From NCBI GenBank assembly GCA_944368155.1, contig CALVWW010000001.1:308738-372737 (forward strand): DNA of 64,000 bases, in the 5' to 3' direction. A program made the position numbers and the translations under genes. The stretch comes from an uncultured Clostridia bacterium. Lineage in GTDB: Bacteria; Bacillota; Clostridia; Christensenellales; Borkfalkiaceae. The notes under the pieces are model-generated. The model was not told the DNA's origin, ran no database searches, and was given only the letters and a program-made list of their open reading frames with translations. This document shows positions 10,012-19,980 of the stretch, one piece after another (within the stretch, counting starts at the first letter, position 1; every line of letters begins with the position of its first letter).

Positions 10012-10359
10012 CTATTCATATTCATCATAACTGCGCCTGTCGCGCGGGGCTACATCGCCGTTGAATTCGGCGGGACGGCAACTTTCCTGTCCGCGGCGGG
10101 GCGGCTTGCATTTATCCTTCGGCGGAGGCGCACAGTCGGCGTTGGTTATTATCACGTCCTCGCCTATACGCACCACAGAACCGAGCGGAATAAAGAAATC
10201 AGGACGGGTAAGGCGAAACCCCTTGCCGCCAGTCACATAAAAACCGCACACACGCCCCTCGGGAAAGGTAAACACAAGGTCGCATACTTTGCCGAGGTGT
10301 TTGCCGTCGGCGACGCCTATGACGTCCATCTGCTTAAGCTGATTATAAGAAAACTCCAA
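10012..10359 (-). CDS. YlmC/YmxH-family sporulation protein (PRC-barrel) with Cys/Pro-rich C-terminal extension
   Basis: Core sequence: LKQMDVIGVADGKHLGKVCDLVF...IPLGSVVRIGEDVIIT. The longest ORF is 160 aa. TTG at 10359 is preceded by AGGAGG (10365-10370) and gives the family-typical N-terminus MEFSYNQLKQMDV. Confidence 0.7.
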   Translation of the reverse strand: MEFSYNQLKQMDVIGVADGKHLGKVCDLVFTFPEGRVCGFYVTGGKGFRLTRPDFFIPLGSVVRIGEDVIITNADCAPPPKDKCKPPRRGQESCRPAEFNGDVAPRDRRSYDEYE

Positions 10360-10512
10360 AATTACCTCCTGCCGCACAAAAGCCTTAATCGAACCGACAG
10401 GCAAACAGCCTATCCGCGCGCAGAGCGGCATTATCATTATATGCGGGAGCCCGTAATTTTGTTCCGCCGCAGACACGACGTTTGAACTGTGCAACTATTT
10501 TTTATAGCTCAA

Positions 10513-11379
10513 TCATGTAAACACAGCCATAAGGACAGTGCCCGAAGTGAGCAGGGCAAGGCCTATCCAAGCCTTTAAGGAAAGTTTTTCTTTAAATACA
10601 ACGAGCGAGAACAGCACCGTGACCAGAATACTCAGCCTGTCGATAGGCACGACAATGCTCACCTGTCCTTGCTGTATGGCATAGTAGTAACACAGCCACG
10701 AGGCGCCTGTGGCAAGACCCGAAAGAATGAGAAATACAATTTCCCTGCCGCGCAGCTGTTTTACATACTTTGTTTCTCTACGGCAAAAAACTATGAGCCA
10801 TGCCATTACGAGCACGACGCAGGTTCGAATTGCGGTTGCCGCGTTGGAATCTACGTTCTCTATGCCTATCTTGGCAAGCAACGAAGTGGCGGCGGCAAAA
10901 ACTGCCGAGAGCAGGGCAAACGCAAGCCACGTAAGTTTTTTCTTTTCGGTGCCGCGCTTTATATCAGTCATGAGAAACGTGCCTGCGGCAATGAGTACAA
11001 GAAATATAAGTTTCAGCCACCACTTTTCCCTTTCGTCGGCAAAAAGTATTATGGCAAACAGCACCGACAATACCGTGCTCGACTTGTCGACGGCGGCCAC
11101 CTTAGAAACTTCGCCGAGGGAGAGCGCCCTGAAATAGCATATCCATGACGCACCGGTGGCAAGGCCCGACAATATTAAAAACAACCAGGACCTGCCGCTT
11201 ATCTGCGAAAGCGTAGTATATGCGCCCGTAATAAATACAATCGCCCATGCCAGCACGAGAACTACCGATGTGCGCACGGCAGTTGCAACATCGGAATTGG
11301 CATGCTTTATGCCGCATTTGGAAAGCACCGCCGTGAGGCCGGCAAACAAAGCGGATAATATCGCCGCCACAATCCACAT
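10513..11379 (-). CDS. EamA/DMT-superfamily transporter
   Basis: 288 aa with about 10 predicted TM helices. It consists of two EamA-like halves that each end in a GASW.CY motif. Confidence 0.8.
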   Translation of the reverse strand: MWIVAAILSALFAGLTAVLSKCGIKHANSDVATAVRTSVVLVLAWAIVFITGAYTTLSQISGRSWLFLILSGLATGASWICYFRALSLGEVSKVAAVDKSSTVLSVLFAIILFADEREKWWLKLIFLVLIAAGTFLMTDIKRGTEKKKLTWLAFALLSAVFAAATSLLAKIGIENVDSNAATAIRTCVVLVMAWLIVFCRRETKYVKQLRGREIVFLILSGLATGASWLCYYYAIQQGQVSIVVPIDRLSILVTVLFSLVVFKEKLSLKAWIGLALLTSGTVLMAVFT

Positions 11380-11534
11380 AACGCCCTCCGTTCCAACAGA
11401 TAATATTGTGTAATGCGTATTATATCACTCTGTGCAGATTATACAATTATGCCAGAGGTCTTTTTTGTATAAATATTACAAAAAAATTACATTTTCACAA
11501 GCTGAAATGACAGAAAAACGCAAACAGCAGGCAT

Positions 11535-12719
11535 TTACATGCACTCTTTCAGTATTTCATATATTTCTCCACCCGTCATGCGTTTATAACTTCCGGGAAG
11601 AATGGTCGTGCTGTAGGCAATTTCTTCGAGAGCGCGGTCGGAGAGCAACTCCTCGGGCCTTGCTTTCATTTTAAGTTCAGTAAGCCTTGAAGGCAGGCCG
11701 CATTCCTTTATAAATGCGGCGAGAGCATCGATACCCGCAAGCGCAAGCCGGATATCTGTCTTCCCCTCCGCAGGAACATCCCAAACGTTTTTTGCAAAGC
11801 GCACAAACTTGGCAAGTCCCTCCCTTACAATGTGACGGTAATACACGGGATGGAGCACGGCAAGCCCCATGCCGTGGTTGCAATCGGTATAAGCGCCGAG
11901 CTGATGCTCCATCATATGCACCTCAAAGTCGGTCTTTTTTCCGATTTTGAGAATACCGTTTTCGGCCATGGCCGAATCCCACATTAAGTTCGAGCGCGCT
12001 TCATAGTTTCCGCTGTCTGAAATAAGCACACGCATATTGCGGATAACGCTGCGCATCACCGCTTCGTTTATATCGTCGGAAACATTGTCGCCGTCGGGAT
12101 AGCCGAAATAGGTTTCCATTGCATGCGAGAGAGTATCGAACGCACCCGACATGACCTGTGCAAACGGCACCGACATTGTATACATAGGGTCAAGAATGGA
12201 GAAAGCAGGCGCTGCGGCAAACAGCCCGGTTTTTATCCTTTTTTGCTCGTTAGTTATAACTCCTCCGCCGTTCATTTCCGAACCCGTGCCGGAAACCGTT
12301 ACTATAGCGCCGAGAGGGACCGGCTTTACCGAGGGAAAGGAATGCCTTTCGAGTTCCTCCTCCCATACGTCACCTTCAAAATTTGCCTGGAGGGCAACTA
12401 TTTTACTGCAATCGATTGCAGAACCGCCGCCGACGGCGAGAATCAAATCTACTTTGTTTTCACGGGCGATAGCGGCGCCCTCCTGTACCTTTGCATATGT
12501 GGGATTGGGCATGATACCCCCGAACTCCACAACCTTTTTACCGCAGCTCTCCAGCACAGAGAGCACTTCTTCATAGACGCCGTTGCGCTTTATCGAGCCG
12601 CCGCCGTATGCCAGCATTACGGTCGGGCCATATTTACCCAGCTCGCCCGCAAGATGACGTTTTACTGCTCCGTTGCCGAAATACACCTTCGTCGGATACT
12701 CAAATACGAAATTTTCCAT
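11535..12719 (-). CDS. Iron-containing alcohol dehydrogenase (butanol dehydrogenase / YqhD-like)
   Basis: 394 aa with YGGGSIKRNGVY, AVGGGSAIDC and the His-rich metal site HMMEHQLG...HG. Confidence 0.85.
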   Translation of the reverse strand: MENFVFEYPTKVYFGNGAVKRHLAGELGKYGPTVMLAYGGGSIKRNGVYEEVLSVLESCGKKVVEFGGIMPNPTYAKVQEGAAIARENKVDLILAVGGGSAIDCSKIVALQANFEGDVWEEELERHSFPSVKPVPLGAIVTVSGTGSEMNGGGVITNEQKRIKTGLFAAAPAFSILDPMYTMSVPFAQVMSGAFDTLSHAMETYFGYPDGDNVSDDINEAVMRSVIRNMRVLISDSGNYEARSNLMWDSAMAENGILKIGKKTDFEVHMMEHQLGAYTDCNHGMGLAVLHPVYYRHIVREGLAKFVRFAKNVWDVPAEGKTDIRLALAGIDALAAFIKECGLPSRLTELKMKARPEELLSDRALEEIAYSTTILPGSYKRMTGGEIYEILKECM

Positions 12720-12851
12720 GACGCCGCTCCTTTTTTAAACACAGCAAAATAGCGCCGCATGGCCATAACTAAAAAACAGGCGCAACATTTTGCCGCACCT
12801 GCATTATAAAATAAAATATCAAATGAGTAAAATGCTTATTTTGCAACACCT

Positions 12852-13727
12852 TCAATGCCCTCCGAGCATTGCCAGCTCATCCAAGAAGAGCGACACAGCT
12901 CTGCCTGAAGGCTGAAACTTTTTCCATACCGCGATACAACGCATGGGCGGATGGCCCGCAACGGGCACAAATCTGAGCGAAGGGTCGCGCAGGTATTGCG
13001 TGGCGCCCTCTATCACCAGCACGCTGCCCACACCGCGCAGAACAAGCAGAGAGGCATTGTTTATAACATTGAATGTTGCCACAATGTTAAATCTGTCGTA
13101 GACCGTACCGATGATGTTGCGGAAATTTTGCCGGAGTTCGCGGCGGACGGGAACAATGAGCGGCTCACCCAAAAGTTCTTCGGGCAAAATTTCGGCGCGG
13201 TTTGCAAGCGCACTGTCGGCGCGCACAAGTATTCCAATCCTCTCCTCCTGCTTCAGCCTTACAAAATCATACTTTTCAACATCTACAGGTTCAAGAAGAA
13301 AACCGATATCTACAAGCCCCTTATCAATGCGCTCGAGCACAAGGTCGGCCGTAGCTGTGAATAGGTCGAATTTTACCGACGGGTACTTTGTGCGGAAAAC
13401 AGAGATGACGTCGGCAACGGCATTGGCGGAATACGACTCTGCCAGACCGAGGGACACAGTTCCGCCAAACGGGCTTGAACTCAGTTCGTCAATAATTTTA
13501 TCTTCAAGAGCAATCATCTCCTCTGCGCGGCGGAGCAGAAGTTCGCCTGCGGCCGTGAGCGAAACGCTACGGTTGGTGCGAACCAGCAACGGCGAACCGA
13601 CTTCATTTTCAAGTTCGGCCATCTGCCTCGAGAGTGTGGGCTGGGTTATGAACAAACGCTCCGCAGCCCTGGTTATGCTGCCTTCCGCCGCGACCACGGT
13701 AAAATATTTAAGCACGCGAAGTTCCAT
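12852..13727 (-). CDS. LysR-family transcriptional regulator
   Basis: 291 aa. The N-terminal wHTH reads MELRVLKYFTVVAAEGSITRAAERLFITQPTLSRQMAELE. Confidence 0.9.
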   Translation of the reverse strand: MELRVLKYFTVVAAEGSITRAAERLFITQPTLSRQMAELENEVGSPLLVRTNRSVSLTAAGELLLRRAEEMIALEDKIIDELSSSPFGGTVSLGLAESYSANAVADVISVFRTKYPSVKFDLFTATADLVLERIDKGLVDIGFLLEPVDVEKYDFVRLKQEERIGILVRADSALANRAEILPEELLGEPLIVPVRRELRQNFRNIIGTVYDRFNIVATFNVINNASLLVLRGVGSVLVIEGATQYLRDPSLRFVPVAGHPPMRCIAVWKKFQPSGRAVSLFLDELAMLGGH

Positions 13728-13853
13728 AATTCACCTCTCACTTTTTCTAAAAAGCCCGTTTATAAGGCTGATTAACCTTAAAAACGGGCTATTATGTATA
13801 ACATAGTACTATGTAAAATTACAAAATATCAAATTTCGATTATTCTGAGCAAA

Positions 13854-14513
13854 TTACGCGCCGTAAACAGAGCGATATTCCTTCATCTTGTCGAGATACT
13901 CTTTCCCCTCGATGATTCCGTCTTCTATGGCGTCGATTATATCCTGCATCGTAACAATAGAATAAACCTTTATTCCGAACTCGTTATAGGCTTCCTGCAC
14001 GGCCGAAAGCTCGGAGTTCAAAGCTTTCTCCATTCTGTCAACACTTATAACCATGCCCGCGACTTCAACATTTGCCGCCTGAGCAAGCTTGGGGAGCATT
14101 TCGCGAAGGGCCTTGCCGGAGGTCATAACATCTTCGATAAGTATGACCTTTTCACCGTCGGCAAGTTGCTTACCCACAAACAGGCCGCCCTCGCCGTGGT
14201 CCTTTACTTCCTTTCTGTCGAAGCAGTAACCGATATCTTTATGATGCTTATCCCACAAAGCTACGGCAGTAGTCACGGCAAGAGGTATGCCCTTATAAGC
14301 GGGTCCGACCAGCGTTTGCCCTTCGATTTTATTTTCAATGATGCACTCGGCATAGTATTCTCCGAGGCGAGCAAGCTGTGCACCCGTTTTATAGTTGCCC
14401 GTATTTATAAAATAGGGCGCCTTTCGTCCGCTCTTTAATGTAAACTCACCGAATGTGAGCACACCGTTATCCACCATAAATTTTATAAAGCGCTGCTTGT
14501 AGTTGAGTTGCAT
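13854..14513 (-). CDS. pyrE: Orotate phosphoribosyltransferase
   Basis: 219 aa with GEFTLKSGRKAPYFINTG and the PRPP-binding VILIEDVMTSG. Confidence 0.9.
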   Translation of the reverse strand: MQLNYKQRFIKFMVDNGVLTFGEFTLKSGRKAPYFINTGNYKTGAQLARLGEYYAECIIENKIEGQTLVGPAYKGIPLAVTTAVALWDKHHKDIGYCFDRKEVKDHGEGGLFVGKQLADGEKVILIEDVMTSGKALREMLPKLAQAANVEVAGMVISVDRMEKALNSELSAVQEAYNEFGIKVYSIVTMQDIIDAIEDGIIEGKEYLDKMKEYRSVYGA

Positions 14514-14548
14514 AATTTCCTCTCCTGTTTGTTTTTAATATAAGCAAG

Positions 14549-15457
14549 TCAGTTGAGAACGAGTGTGTTCACAATCTGATTGACGTCGTCTATGTTATGA
14601 CTGTCGAGCCATTCATTCATCTCATCGGCTATGCGAGGAATGGCGTATACGTCGGTAAAGTTGGCGGTTCCGACCTGTACAGCCGCGGCCCCCGCCATCA
14701 TGAATGCTATCGCATCTCTGCCGCTATTGATTCCGCCCATGCCTATGACAGGAATTTCTACCGCGTGAGCCGCTTCATACACCATGCGAAGGGCAATCGG
14801 CATAATTCCCGCACCCGAAACCCCGCCCGTGTTGTTGGCGATTAACGGCCTGCGTCTTTCGATATCTACAACCATGCCCGTGAGTGTGTTTATGAGCGAT
14901 ATGCAGTCGGCGCCGCCGTTTTGCGCGGCCCTCGCGTTTGTCGCAATACTTTCGACATTAGGCGAAAGTTTGACGCAGAGAGGAGTTTTTTTGAGTTGCG
15001 CTTTAGTGAGGCGCGTGACTTCCTCCACATTCTGCGGCTTTATGCCGAGAGCCATGCCGCCCGCACGCACGTTGGGGCAGGAGATGTTTAGCTCTATCAT
15101 GTCGGCCAGCCCGTCGAGACGGGCGCATATTTTTTCATAGTCCTCAAGCGTTCTGCCGGCAACGTTAGCTATCACCGTCGTCTTTCCCTTAAGCCATTCG
15201 AGGTCGTTTTTTATAAACTCCTCAACGCCGGGATTCTGAAGCCCGACGGCGTTAAGTATTACAGATTTGCCTTCGGCAATTCTCGGCACAGGGTTGCCTG
15301 AGCGGGGTTCTAAAGTCAGACCCTTGGTGCTCACTCCGCCGGCCTTCGAAATATCGTAGAGCTCGTTATATTCCCTGCCGAAGCCGTATGTGCCGCTTGC
15401 GGCTATCACAGGATTTTTGAAATTTACGCCGCAGATATTAACAGACAGATTGCTCAC
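14549..15457 (-). CDS. pyrD: Dihydroorotate dehydrogenase B, catalytic subunit
   Basis: 302 aa, class 1B DHODH motifs (NPVIAASGT, ELNISCPN). GTG start overlaps the pyrK stop (GTGA). Confidence 0.9.
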   Translation of the reverse strand: MSNLSVNICGVNFKNPVIAASGTYGFGREYNELYDISKAGGVSTKGLTLEPRSGNPVPRIAEGKSVILNAVGLQNPGVEEFIKNDLEWLKGKTTVIANVAGRTLEDYEKICARLDGLADMIELNISCPNVRAGGMALGIKPQNVEEVTRLTKAQLKKTPLCVKLSPNVESIATNARAAQNGGADCISLINTLTGMVVDIERRRPLIANNTGGVSGAGIMPIALRMVYEAAHAVEIPVIGMGGINSGRDAIAFMMAGAAAVQVGTANFTDVYAIPRIADEMNEWLDSHNIDDVNQIVNTLVLN

Positions 15458-16215
15458 AGCTCCACCTCTCCTATTTCAAACACGGGTCCGTCTTTGCAGA
15501 CGCGGGCGTTGTGTCCGTCAGATTTTTTACATGCGCACACGAGGCAGGCGCCGATGCCGCAACCCATACGCTCCTCTAAAGATACGAGGCACTTTACGTT
15601 TATTCCGCGCTCTTTGAGCGCAGACTTAAGGGCGCGCAGCATTACCGGCGGACCGCATGAAATTATGAGGTCGTAAGCGCCATCTTTATAGTCGGCAAGA
15701 AACGCCTGAACGGCGTTGCCGTGATAACCGATACTGCCGTCGTCGGTGGCCACGGTGAGTTTGCCGCCCGCCTTAAACTCCTCGGTAAGGCAGGCATATT
15801 CTTTGCCGCGGAAACCTATATATGAATAAAAATTGCGGCCTGCGGAATGCTCCTGAATAACTGCAGCGAGTGGGAATATGCCCACGCCGCCGCCTATTAC
15901 GGCGATATTTTCAGCACTGCCCAAATCGAAGCCGTTGCCCAGCGGCAAAAGTACGGAAAGTTTGTCGCCGACTTTTTTTTCTGCAATTCTATGCGTGCCG
16001 TCACCCTTGAGCTGATAGCAGAGCATGATATCGTCGCCGTTCACCCCGCATATGCCGAGGGGACGCTTTAAGGGAAAAGAACTGTCCCCCACCGAGAGGT
16101 TGGCAAACTGACCGCCTCTGATTTTCCCGACGGACTCGGGCAGGGTGAGTGTTATCGCCCATATGCCCTTTGCAATCTCGATATTTTGTTTTACAGTTGC
16201 AAGTAATTCTTTCAT
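15454..16215 (-). CDS. pyrK: Dihydroorotate dehydrogenase electron-transfer subunit
   Basis: 253 aa. FNR-like fold with the C-terminal 2Fe-2S motif CGIGACLVCAC. Confidence 0.85.
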   Translation of the reverse strand: MKELLATVKQNIEIAKGIWAITLTLPESVGKIRGGQFANLSVGDSSFPLKRPLGICGVNGDDIMLCYQLKGDGTHRIAEKKVGDKLSVLLPLGNGFDLGSAENIAVIGGGVGIFPLAAVIQEHSAGRNFYSYIGFRGKEYACLTEEFKAGGKLTVATDDGSIGYHGNAVQAFLADYKDGAYDLIISCGPPVMLRALKSALKERGINVKCLVSLEERMGCGIGACLVCACKKSDGHNARVCKDGPVFEIGEVEL

Positions 16216-16320
16216 AGTTGTAAAAACAATCGTTCAGTCTTACTCCGCAAGCGGCTCCCTTTACACAAGGGAGCCTTCGCGCAAGGAAACCTGAAAACTT
16301 TAATATTAAATCATGCCGAA

Positions 16321-16413
16321 AAATGCAGGGGCGAATTTAGTTCGGCCGTTAAGCACTTTTACGACGACAAACTCACGGCAAAGATTTTTGCACAGCAAAA
16401 AGATTTGCGTGAA
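16321..16413 (-). repeat. Structured intergenic repeat, copy A (inverted relative to the other copies)
   Basis: Its reverse complement reads TTCACGCAAATCTTTTTGCTGTGCAAAAATCTTTGCCGTGAG...GTGCTTAACGGCCGAACTAAATTCGCCCCTGCATTTTT. This is nearly identical to the cores at 44592, 51554 and 51777. Confidence 0.85.
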
Positions 16414-16418
16414 TACTT

Positions 16419-17330
16419 TTACCCCATTTTGCCGATGGCACGGCGCAAATCTTCACGCATATCTATGCAGGCTGCGCGTGCAGCCTCCCAATATGTCATG
16501 CCGCTGTACTGAGGTTTGCGGTAGGCACAGATTATGCCGCGGGAGTTATTTACTATGCCGCCGAGCCCGCGCGAATCGAAGCAACCCTTTATGCCGTCGG
16601 CAGAGCCGCCCTGCGCGCCGTAACCCGGAATAAGGAAAAAGGTGTGAGGAAGCTTTTTGCGGAGTTCTGCGCCCTGCTCGGGATAGGTAGCGCCTACTAC
16701 GGCGCCTATATCTGAATATCCGAAGTGGCCTATGAGGTCCTTGCCCCATTCCTCGACGAGCGCTCCCATGCGCTCATACACCTTTTCGCCGCTCTCGAGC
16801 TTCAAATCCTGAATTTCTCCGCTCGAGGGATTGGATGTTTTTACGAGCACAAATGCGCCCTTGTTGCATGCCTTACACTCCTCTATGAAAGGAGCCACAC
16901 CGTCTGTGCCCAGATAACCGTTTATGGTCACCATATCGGCAGGGAATGCACGCATTTTCTTTTCATTTATCTTGGTACGGCCGAGATATGCCGTAGCATA
17001 ACAGCCCGCCGTAGAACCAATGTCGTTGCGCTTGCAGTCGGCAATTACAATCATGCCCCTGCCGAGAGCATAATTTATCGTATAATTAAAGGCCTTTAAA
17101 CCTTCGTAGCCATACATCTCGTAATAGGCAACCTGTACCTTTATGGCGGGAACAATGTCGCTTATTTTATCGACGATGTTCATATTGAATTCGGTTATCG
17201 CCTCTGAAGCGCCTTCGAATGTCGCCATATCTTCACGCATGTTGTCGGGAAGGTAATCGAAACTGGTATCAAGCCCGACGCAGGTCGGATTCTGCATATC
17301 GATTATCTTTTTTATGAGTTTATCTATCAT
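16419..17330 (-). CDS. pyrF: Orotidine 5'-phosphate decarboxylase (long, type 2)
   Basis: 303 aa with VGLD near the N-terminus and a DIGST motif. It lies in the pyr operon. Confidence 0.85.
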   Translation of the reverse strand: MIDKLIKKIIDMQNPTCVGLDTSFDYLPDNMREDMATFEGASEAITEFNMNIVDKISDIVPAIKVQVAYYEMYGYEGLKAFNYTINYALGRGMIVIADCKRNDIGSTAGCYATAYLGRTKINEKKMRAFPADMVTINGYLGTDGVAPFIEECKACNKGAFVLVKTSNPSSGEIQDLKLESGEKVYERMGALVEEWGKDLIGHFGYSDIGAVVGATYPEQGAELRKKLPHTFFLIPGYGAQGGSADGIKGCFDSRGLGGIVNNSRGIICAYRKPQYSGMTYWEAARAACIDMREDLRRAIGKMG

Positions 17331-17391
17331 ATTCGCTCCTTAAATCTTTTTAACAAGAAAAATTTTAATTTTATTTTACGACGGCAGGCAC

Positions 17392-18660
17392 CTATCTTGC
17401 CGCATACTTTATTTCCCCGTCCACGATTGTATATGCGATTTTGCCGTAAACTTCGCGGCCGTTGAAGGGCGTGTTTTTACCCTTTGAAATAAACTTTTCC
17501 CCGTCTATCACATATTTTGCAGCAAGGTCGGCTATGGTGATATCAGCTGCTCCCCCCTCTTCGACAGTGCCGCCGTCAAGTCCCAGAATTGCAGCGGGAG
17601 CGGCGCTCATCAGTCTGGCGAGCTGCGAAAGAGTGAAGCCGCACTCCTTTACAAGCTTTGTGTATGAGAGTGCAAAACTCGTCTCAATCCCGCTTATACC
17701 GAAGGCCGCAAGAGAGTACTCGACCTGCTTATCCTTCTTTGAATGAGGCGCATGGTCGGTAACTATGCAGTCCAACGTCCCGTCCTTCAGACCTTCGATA
17801 ACAGCTAACCTGTCGCGCTCCTCCCTTATTGGCGGATTGACCTTTGTATAGGTATCGAACGATGTCACAACATCATCTGTCAGACAGAAATAGTGAGGAC
17901 AACTCTCTGCCGTAACCTTAACGCCGCGCGCCTTGGCGCTGCGTATGAGTTCCACGCCGCTGTAAGTGGACACGTGGCATATATGCACGGGGATACCGAG
18001 ACTTTCGGAGAGGGCTATTTCACGGGCAATCATTATGTCCTCTGCCGCGCGTATGCTGCCCTTAAGACCCGTTATTGTGGAATTCAGCCCTTCGTTGACA
18101 ACGCCGCCGTCGGCAAGATTTTCATCCTCGCAATGCGCAAGGCACCTGAGATTAAAGCCGCTCGCATACTCCATTGCAAGGCGCATTATCTTTGAATCCA
18201 TAACGGAGCGCCCGTCGTCTGAAATCGCTACCGCGCCGGCCGCAGCCATTTTACCTATTTCGGCGAGCTCCTCGCCCTTTTCGCCCTTGGTTATGCTTCC
18301 GATGGGGTGGACTTTGCACAGACCGACCTGTTCGGCACGGTACTTTATATATGTGGTAACTACGGCATTATCGTTGACGGGATTGGTGTTCGGCATACAG
18401 CAGACCTGGGTAAAACCGCCTGCGACCGCGGCTTTAGAACCGCTCTCTATATCCTCCTTTCCTTCAAATCCCGGTTCGCGCAGATGGACGTGCATATCTA
18501 TAAGCCCCGGGAACACATGAAGCCCCTCGGCGTTTAAAACATCGCCGTCCGACTGAATATCTTCGGCAATCCTTGCAATTCTGCCGTCTTCAACAAGAAT
18601 ATCGCATTTCTTTACGCCGTCTTTAAAAACTACAGAACCGTTTTTTATTACATATTTCAT
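17392..18660 (-). CDS. pyrC: Dihydroorotase
   Basis: Met at 18660 (MKYVIKNGSVV...) overlaps the pyrB stop (ATGA). The metal-binding motif DMHVHLREPG is present. The longest ORF (448 aa) is extended into pyrB. Confidence 0.9.
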   Translation of the reverse strand: MKYVIKNGSVVFKDGVKKCDILVEDGRIARIAEDIQSDGDVLNAEGLHVFPGLIDMHVHLREPGFEGKEDIESGSKAAVAGGFTQVCCMPNTNPVNDNAVVTTYIKYRAEQVGLCKVHPIGSITKGEKGEELAEIGKMAAAGAVAISDDGRSVMDSKIMRLAMEYASGFNLRCLAHCEDENLADGGVVNEGLNSTITGLKGSIRAAEDIMIAREIALSESLGIPVHICHVSTYSGVELIRSAKARGVKVTAESCPHYFCLTDDVVTSFDTYTKVNPPIREERDRLAVIEGLKDGTLDCIVTDHAPHSKKDKQVEYSLAAFGISGIETSFALSYTKLVKECGFTLSQLARLMSAAPAAILGLDGGTVEEGGAADITIADLAAKYVIDGEKFISKGKNTPFNGREVYGKIAYTIVDGEIKYAAR

Positions 18661-19586
18661 AAATTTTTCTCCCTGTACTCCTTTAATAGCGTAAGAATTG
18701 CCATTCTGACGGAAAGGCCGTTGGTCACCTGTTCGCAAATTACGCTCGAACTGCCGTCGATGAGCGACGGCGTAAGCTCAATGCCTCTGTTTACGGGACC
18801 GGGGTGCATAATAATCGCGTCTTTATCGGCGAGCGATAACATGCTGTCCTTTACGCCGTAAAACCTGCTGTATTCGGAAAGCGAAGGGAAAAGGCCGCCT
18901 TTCTGGCGTTCGAGCTGAATCCTCAGCCCCATTACGCAATGCGCACCCTCTATCGCCTCCTCCATTGAGGAGCACACGTGCGCGCCCAGCTTTTCAATCT
19001 CCATGGGCATGAGCGTTTGGGGTGCGTACATATAAACTTCAGCGCCAAGCTTTTTCAGACCGAAAAGGTTTGACTTTGCCACGCGGCTGTGTTTTATGTC
19101 GCCTAAGATAGCAACTTTCAGCCCCGCAATCCCGCCGAATTTTTCACGCATGGAGAACATATCCAAAAGCGCCTGCGTGGGGTGCTCGTTCATTCCGTCC
19201 CCGGCATTGACGACCGACGCATTCACGTTTTCGGAGAGCAGTTTGGGCGCTCCTGCCAGCGGATGACGGATAGCTATGAAATCTATCTTCATCGCGTCGA
19301 GCGTCCTGCCGGTATCGATGAGCGTTTCCCCCTTCTGCACCGAACTCGACGAAGCGGAAATATTCACCTCGCTTGCGCCGAGATACTTGCCTGCAAGTTC
19401 GAAAGATGTGCGCGTTCTCGTGCTGTTCTCATAGAAGAGCGTGATTAAGGCCGTGCCCGAAAGAATTTTTTCCGCTTTCCGGTTTTTCCTTAAAAGAGCC
19501 TTCATCTCCTCCGCCCTGTCCAAGATTTCGATAATCTCTTCAGCGGAAGTGTTGTGCAGTCCGAGCAAGTCTTTTTTTGTAAGCAT
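18657..19586 (-). CDS. pyrB: Aspartate carbamoyltransferase catalytic subunit
   Basis: Met at 19586 (MLTKKDLLGL...). STRTR and HPTQ motifs. The upstream 74 codons of the longest ORF cover the leader and were trimmed. Confidence 0.9.
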   Translation of the reverse strand: MLTKKDLLGLHNTSAEEIIEILDRAEEMKALLRKNRKAEKILSGTALITLFYENSTRTRTSFELAGKYLGASEVNISASSSSVQKGETLIDTGRTLDAMKIDFIAIRHPLAGAPKLLSENVNASVVNAGDGMNEHPTQALLDMFSMREKFGGIAGLKVAILGDIKHSRVAKSNLFGLKKLGAEVYMYAPQTLMPMEIEKLGAHVCSSMEEAIEGAHCVMGLRIQLERQKGGLFPSLSEYSRFYGVKDSMLSLADKDAIIMHPGPVNRGIELTPSLIDGSSSVICEQVTNGLSVRMAILTLLKEYREKNL

Positions 19587-19980
19587 AAAATCCTCTTTTA
19601 AAATTTTTCCTGCCTGTCCGGCGTGTTTTTCACACAAAAAAAGCGGGTATTCCGCACGGCTTGCGGCATAATTAATGCCCATCCGAACGGTCAATCCGCC
19701 GTTAAAAAATATTTTAGCCGAATAGTGCGCGCTCTGTTTACGCACGCCGCCTGTGAAAACACCGCCATCGTAAAATCTCTTGGAGCCGCGGTTGAAACGG
19801 CGTACCACGTCAGGTCACGCCGCCTATGCGGCTGAATGTTTTTTGTCAAAAGTCATTATAACATAACCGCGCGGCAAAGTAAAGTAAAAAATAAAATTTC
19901 GCCGACAAAAATACAGAGCCCGTAACCGGTGTTGACAAAGCGGCTGACGCCGCGCACGACCTCGTCCGTTTACGACAAAT

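Noticed and set aside
10822-10830. A GGTTCGAAT tRNA T-loop-like motif.
   Set aside because: It lies inside the EamA transporter CDS on the antisense strand. No acceptor stem or anticodon stem can be drawn around it.
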